From Psilocybe cubensis (taxonomy: Eukaryota), in NCBI GenBank assembly GCA_017499595.2, contig CM039000.1, positions 3,224,001-3,288,000 on the forward strand: DNA of 64,000 nucleotides. The letters are read 5' to 3'. Numbering within the stretch: position 1 is the stretch's first letter; each line of letters begins with the position of its first letter. The notes under the pieces are model-generated. The model saw only the letters and a program-made list of their open reading frames with translations. It ran no database searches and was not told the DNA's origin. This document shows positions 56,953-64,000 of the stretch, piece after piece. Both the position numbers and the translations under genes were made by a program.

Positions 56953-58306
56953 TTATTTGCGCCTACCCGCAGGGTCGTTGACATTTCCAGAGATATCGGT
57001 GGGCTGGAAGTTGGGGCCAGTCGCGGTATCGGTGGGTGGAGGGGCAGCTGCAGAAGAGTCGGTGGAGGTAGCATCAGTAGAAACAGATGCGTCAGCGCTA
57101 TCGGTGGAGGTGGCGTCGGTAGCAGCAGAGGCGTCAGCGCTGTCAGTGGCTGTAGCATCAGAGGAGTCGGTAGAATCGGTAGAGTCAGCCGAATCGTCAG
57201 TGCTGTCGGTCGAATCGTCGGTGCTGTCGGTCGAGTCGTCGGTGCTGTCAGCAGATTCATCAGCAGTGTTGTCGGTGGTACCGTCGCTTCCAGTGCAACC
57301 ACAGGATGACATATCAGCAGTCATGCCGAGGGGGCAGGTTCCGCCTACAAAATAATCATCGTTAGATTGTATTATTCTAATAAAATTCAAAACATATCCT
57401 TACTGGAGCCGAAAGGAACGAGAGGGACGCTGGGCGAACCGAAGATGCCTGGGTTGACACCTTCGATTTGCTCGTTGTAAATACCGACCAGTTCAGGGTT
57501 GATTGGGGCCCTCAGACAGTAAAGGCTGGACGGAATAACACCCAGGACCTCAACGGCGTTTCTGGGGTGGGCACGGAAGCTCAAAGCGTGTTTGATCAAC
57601 GCATCCTTGTTCCTGATTCCGCGGGACTTGGCGAATGTGATCATGCGGTCAGCGATGTCGAGCTGATCGCAGGCATCTGCATGCTCTGAGAGGGCATCAA
57701 TGCCAAAGTCACCAGCAAGGCTGTTGCACGGGTCGCCAGTGAAGATGTCGCCGCCGCTAACGAGGCAGAGATCTTCCCAGGTCTCGACGAAGGTAGAAAC
57801 GGTCTCTTCGAAGGAAACAGAGACGGTGGTCTCTTCGGAGAAGGAAGAGGAGTCGAAGGAAGAGAAACCGCCGTGGAACCCAGAGCCGTGGAACCCACGA
57901 GCCCAGAAGCGACGGGTTGCTGTAGAGTTGGTAGTGGCAGTAGAGTTGTCAGTAGCGGTGGGGTCAGCAACTGTAGTGTTCGACGCGAGGCTGGGGTCGG
58001 TAGTGTCAGTCGAGTTATCGGCAGCGGTTGGGTCGACAGGGATATCAGTTGACGATAGATCCGGCGCTGTGGTCGTTGCAGATGGCGGGGGAGGCGCAAG
58101 GGCAGCACATGCTGCAGGTGCGTCAGTGCGACTAAAAAATTATTAAAACTAGAATCTTATGATCACCAATTGGTAACTTACCTCTGAAGGATGTGGCGAC
58201 GAGCGAGAGGAGCACCCCTGTGCCTGCGGAAAACTGCACGATCTCCGAGAGGAGAAGCAGTGACCGAAAGGATGACCGAAAGTACAACTAAGGAGAGGGT
58301 CTTCAT
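56953..58306 (-). CDS. Secreted Ser/Thr/Asp-rich protein with a central Cys-containing domain, multi-exon
   Basis: Signal peptide MKTLSLVVLSVILSVTASP; core FVETWEDLCLVSGGDIFTGDPC...DACDQLDIADRMITFAK...AHPRNA...SLYCLRAPINPEL; STDDSTD repeats. Confidence 0.8.
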
Positions 58307-59466
58307 ATTGAATAAGATATGGAAGATAAAGATTCGAAAGAAAACGTGAAGAAATTGAAAGAAAGAACGAAAGGAAGAGCTACCGGGCTCAAAGAAAAAA
58401 GTGGGTGGGAGAAGAAAATTAAGAGAAGAACTGCCTGAAGGATGTCAATCTTTGAAGGGGATTTATAGTGTCGCGTTAGGTATCCCGCCGAGTAAGGTGG
58501 TTGTCGAATGACAGCGGCACATGAGCCAATCGCGTCAAGCAAGGCCTGTCAATACAGCTTTGAGGGCGCTGGTGCATTCAGCGCTGAAGGCTTCAAAGAT
58601 ATCTATGAATATCTTTGAGTCTTGTTCAATCAACAACAAAACGTTCGGAGAGATCAGCAGCAAAATAGTCGTTCGACACTCAGGACGTAGAGACTGCATT
58701 GAAGATCCTCTGGAAACTTGCCCCCTGCGAGTGCCCATTTCCCCGATAGGCAGATTTCATCCATGCCAGAGTAGAATGAGAATGAATATAGTGAAACACA
58801 GATCAGGCATTTTGACTTTGAGCGCAGAGGTCGTCATTGAGATCTGTCAGGAAAGCAGAGGAGACTGGCAAGCAAGCGGTGTAATGACTTATGAAAAGCT
58901 GTCAATCAACTCACACAGATGCCAACAATCGTTTTGAGCCAATCCTAACCACACCGGCGTGGAATGTATCCGACTCATTAAGTGAAAGTATGGGAAGCTA
59001 GACTTGTTAACTGGCAGTGTTTGATGAAAAGTAGCGCCTCTATAAAAAATAGCTTTCCATCGGTGGATTCAAGGACAACTACTGTATCCAGGGTGTAAGG
59101 GGAAAGCGTGCTAAACAGCATTGAAATGAACAAGAATAGAGATAGCTTTCTTTATTTGGATAATTCAGAAATAGTCAAGCTTATCACGTCGAGGCTGTGA
59201 AAGTACTGGAGGAGTGGGTGGAGGAGGAAAGAAAGTGCCTTGGCGCAGAATACTATCGGCCCGGAGATGGAAAACATCAATCACGTGATGCACAGAAATT
59301 TTGAAATCCTAAGTCGATGAACCACCGTTTGCGACAGTATTTGGCTGAATCCAAGTTGAATCCTCGCCGAACAAAAGTATTTAATTCGCAGTAACGCCCT
59401 CTACGACGCAGAACATCTATAACCCATCTAATATTGTCTGATCCTGATATTTCTACTGCGACAAAA

Positions 59467-62400
59467 ATGGTTGTCCCAGCCTCAATGATCGTGGACGACA
59501 CTGCGTCTCCACCTCCACGCAAAAGACTTCGGCAAGAGGAATCGACCAAGCCAGCCGCAAAGACATCGAGAGAACCCCGGCTTTTTGTGCCATTCAGAGC
59601 TCTTGGATTGATCACAAACCATATCCCTTTCGTCCTGCAAACGCGATCTCATAAAGGTGCTACAGATGGACCTAGAATTCACCTTTTGACATGCCTTGGA
59701 AAGTCATGGGCACTATGGGAAGGAGGAAAGATGGGTCTGCTTTTTGTCGGTATGTATGTCACGGAGATATCTTACCGTATATTTTACAATGTCTAATTGA
59801 CTGGAACAGGACCTGATGCACCAGAATACATATCATGTATGGCCATGGATGGTGACGCCGTGTGGGTAGCGTCTGGACCATACGCGATCAAATATATTCG
59901 AGGAAAAGAGGTATATATATGATTTTAATGATGTAATAAAATCTCATCTTTTGCAAGGTTTCTCGAGTAACGAATCCTCTCGGGACTCATCTCTCGTTCA
60001 TTACCGTGTTCGGATCCCAATTGCTTGCTCTTACCGAGAATGGCGATCGTATGCTTATCTGGAGTACCTCTGACGAAGGTTCGTATTGAAGCAAACATAC
60101 ACCTACCCGAATACTAACGTTATTTGTTAGAACTGGAATCGATGGTCTCATTTGACCCAACATTTTCAGCTACCTTCATTCTACATCCGGCAACATACCT
60201 CAACAAAGTTGTCGTGGCTAGCAGCCAGGGTGGAATGCAGCTATGGAATACCCGAACGAAGTAGGTTTTAAGCTATCAAAGTCGATTAACTTGCTAACTC
60301 TTAAATTGCTAGCACATGCATTCACCAATTCAGCGCCGCTCGACTACTCTCATCTCCCGACCTTGTTGCCTCTGGATCAACTGACCGAGGCAACGCAATA
60401 ACCGCACTCGTGCAATCCCCCGCTATCGATGTTGTTGGCATCGGATATACCTCTGGAGAGATTTCAGTATATGATATTCGAGCAGATGAGCGACTCATGC
60501 GCATGTACATGGAAGGTGGGGGAGTGAAAGCACTCGGATTCCGAACAGGTTAGCTTTTTGTCTTGCGAATCTGTGAGTTTTGTTGAATTCGTGTGTTATA
60601 GATGGACATCCAGTGTTGGCCTCAGCTTCTTCAGCCGGGCACATCGCGTTATGGGATCTCAATGAAGGCGGTCGTCTTCTCCACATGGTTCGAGGAGCAC
60701 ACGATGCTGCCATTACCGCATTAGAGTGGGTTCCTGGACAGCCTGTTTTGATCACCTCGAGTGAGGATAACAGCGTCAAGGTCTGTTTGCTATTTACTAT
60801 ATTCTGTCCAATTATGCATTCATCTTCCAACCACAGCAATGGTTATTCGATTCACCGACTTCACCTCCCAGACTCCTCAAATACCGCTCCGGACACCAGA
60901 CACCACCGCATCTCATCCGCTACTATGCAGACGATGGCAAGCAGCTTTTAACTGCTTCCAGAGACCGCAGCTTGCGCTGCACATCCGTCGTCCGTGACTC
61001 ACGATCCTTTGAATTATCTCAAGGTACATATCGCAAGCAATTCCGCCTTTAGCACTAATGAATCATGAGCTGACGATGCCACATCTTCATCCTGTAGGAT
61101 CCCTTCTAAAAAAGGCCACTTCGCTGTCGATACCTCTTGCATCCCTTAAATTCCCTCCCATTACTTCTCTATCATATTCGTCAACTCGATCGAAGGATTG
61201 GGATGACATTATTACCGCCCATGCTGATGAGACGTTCGCTCGCACATGGACAATGCAGGGCAAACGCCTAGGGAAATATAGCCTCGGGTTCGTCGACGAC
61301 CCGAAAGCCAAAGGCAAGGAACGAGGCGTCGTAGGTGCCGCCAAGGTAACGCATTCTACCTTCTCCGTTCATCCCTTTTTTCCAACGAACACATTCTATT
61401 TGCTTTTTTCCAGGCGGTATGCGTAACAGCGTGCGGAAACTTTGGACTTGCGGGGTCGTCGACAGGCCAGATCCAAATGTGGAACCTGCAATCAGGCATC
61501 AAACGAAAATCGTACGCTCTGGGCCCCTGCCCCGCTGAAGTCGCTGCCCGTTTCTATTCCGGTGCTGCCAAAAGCAGCGAGCGCACAGTGACAGGCCTAG
61601 CAACCGACTCCCTGAATAGATCCGTCATCGCCAGCACGCTCGACGGTACCGTCAACGTACGTGGACTTGTCTCAATCTGTATTAATGCAGAAGTGACAAT
61701 GTGCTAATGTTAACGCTCTTATGTGCTATTGTTGTTTCTGACTGGATTTCATCTTTATTTTATCGTTATTTCTATTTTCCTCGTTTTGCAGTTCTTCGAT
61801 TTCCAGACGACACAGTTGGAGTACACGCTCGTGTTACCATCGACGGCGGTATCGATATTACTGCAGCGCGACAGCGGGCTGCTCGCCGTAATATGCGACG
61901 ACATGACCGTGCGCATTATCGACATAGAGACACGGCGCATAGTCAGAGAACTCTCTGGCTTCCATGGGCGAATCCTCGACATCGCAAGTCCCCTTTCGCT
62001 CCTCACTTCTCGCCGGGTTTCTTTAACCCTGTTTCTTTATTTTCTCCTTTTTGACTGCAGACTTTTTCGCCCGACTCACGATGGCTCGTCGCGTCCTCGC
62101 TCGACGCGGTAATCCGCACGTTCGACGTGCCGACCGGCCGTCTCATCGACGCGTTCCGCACGGCGAGCGTCGCGACCAGCATCTCGTTTTCACCTACAAA
62201 TGACTTCCTCGCCACTGCCCACGTCGACAGCGTCGGCGTGTTCTTGTGGTACGTATGGATCTTCGGTGTACACGAGAATATTCCACTGACGTCTCATTTT
62301 TTTCATAGGGCCAACCGCGCGCAATATGCTGAGGTGTCGTTCCAGAGCATAAGCGACAACGAGATCTTTGACGTTGCACTCCCCTCCGTGCAGGGTGTCG

Positions 62401-63494
62401 CAGAAGATGAAGGTCAGCAATCCATATCCGCCTTGGTGTGTCCATTTACATCGCTAAACATTTCATTACTTTTTCTTTCTTGTATACATAGCCCTGGAAG
62501 CTTTGACTGCGCTCAAAATGGCCGACGCACCGCAAGACGTGTTCTCGACGCCGCCACAGCTCGACGGGGAGCTTATCACGCTCACACTCCTCCCGCGCGC
62601 GCGCTGGCAGACATTGCTCAACCTTGAGGTCATTCAGGTGCGTCCGTCCGTCCCATTCGCAGCAGCGGCACTCCTCCAAACATAATCGCTAATCACTAAT
62701 CTTGGATTCGTATTTCATATTTGCATCGCGAACAACAGCAACGCAACAAGCCGAAAGAGCCGCCGAAAGCGCCTGAGCACGCGCCGTTCTTCCTGCCTAC
62801 GCTGCCTGGCGTCGAGGCGCGCTTCGCGGCTCCGACAGACGCTGCCAAGGCACAAGAACAGGAGAAGAAGAAGGAGAAAAAGTCGACGAGGAGGATCGAC
62901 CAGCTGATGGCGTCTGGAAATGAAAGTGTGTTTTACCAGAAACTCGCGGCGGAGGATACTCATGGAGATTGTAAGCCGTTTTTCACTCTCCCATCTCGGC
63001 TACCCAAGTTCTTTCGAACGCTGACGTTTTTTTTTGGTTTCCTTCTCCTCTTTTTTTGTGTGCGATGTGCGATGGTGGATATAGATGAGACGTTCTTCAG
63101 CTACGCGAAACATCTCTCGCCCGCCGCACTCGACCTCGAACTGCGCACGCTCCCTTCGTCTTCGTCGATCCACCCGCTCGCAGCACTTGCGCTCCTCCTA
63201 CACGCGCTCGCACAGCGGCTGCGCGCGCACCGCGACTTTGAGGCAGTACAGGCGATGCAAGCCGTTGTGCTGCGCGCACACGGGGATGTGCTCATCGCCA
63301 CCGCTGCTGAGGCTGAGGCGGGCGCCGGCGCGGGTGTAGGGCAGATGGAAGCGGATGCGGAGACAGCGCCGGAAAGGGCGGTGCTGGACAAGTTGCGCGA
63401 GTTGGAGGAGGTGCAGAGGGTGGAGAGTAAGCGCGTGCTGGAGCTTATTGCGAGTTCGTTGGGTACGCTTGGGTTTGTGAGGGATACGTTGTGA
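59467..63494 (+). CDS. UTP21: U3 snoRNA-associated protein Utp21 (WD40 repeats), multi-exon
   Basis: RLFVPFRALGLITNHIPF, LHPATYLNKVVV, QSPAIDVVGIG, TSSEDNSVK, RWQTLLNLEVI, RNKPKEPPKAPEHAPFFLPTL and LSPAALDLELRTL...RDFEAVQA. Confidence 0.95.
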
Positions 63495-64000
63495 TGTTGT
63501 TGAACTTGAAGTTTTTTTCTTACCCTTTTTTACTTGCTTTTGTGAGGGAAATCCTAGTGTAATTGGGATCCATAGTTGTTGTTGTTCTGATCTCATCTTA
63601 TTACTTTTCCAAAAAGATTGGATAATTGAAAGTTAATTTTTGACGATGAGGTATATGTATATGTAAAGAAAGTTGAGAACAATCTCTCGACCCTCCCTCG
63701 ATTTTGCTGGTTGGTGTAAGGGAATTAAATGCTATAGTATATAATTCCCTGTACATCTGAACTTGTCGATTTTTTATCTGGGAAGAACGTCAGTGGTCAC
63801 GCCAACGGTTCTGCACCGCCACCGAATCCGATTCTATTCCGCCAACACTCGACTTAGCAGTAAGTTCTCCTCAAAACCATACAACTACGCAACATGTGCG
63901 ACAAAAATCTCCCATGCGATCCAGAGGTAGTACCTCTATCAACGACAATTACACCGACATCATTGGCTATTGCCTCTCTAATCGTAGCGCTTGTGATCGT

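Overview
Fungal (mushroom-type basidiomycete) genomic DNA with short GT-AG introns. The first ~22.5 kb is a nest of transposons. It holds a 9-exon TET/JBP-family 2OG-Fe(II) dioxygenase gene (HxD...H...R), preceded by a CpG-rich hairpin tandem array and followed by a DUF6532-like gene, probably cargo of a large DNA transposon. That gene is interrupted exactly at a splice donor by a complete, young Ty3/Gypsy chromovirus (3972-10352; 450-bp LTRs, TAAGG TSD). I could find no CpG anywhere in this retroelement, and its primer-binding site looks self-priming. Next come a relic of another transposase, an accessory gene, and a pogo-like element containing a 9-bp-TSD element with further nested pieces. 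The remainder is ordinary gene space: two F-box-like genes, a DUF4140/4139 gene, a membrane protein, an epoxide hydrolase, MRP51, a TPR-CHAT protease and a CHAT-less paralog, a UDP-galactose transporter in microsatellite-rich DNA, tRNA-Val(CAC), a CrtC/AsqO-like secreted protein, a Tourist-like MITE, a secreted S/T/D-rich protein and UTP21. All calls were made by eye, without database searches.
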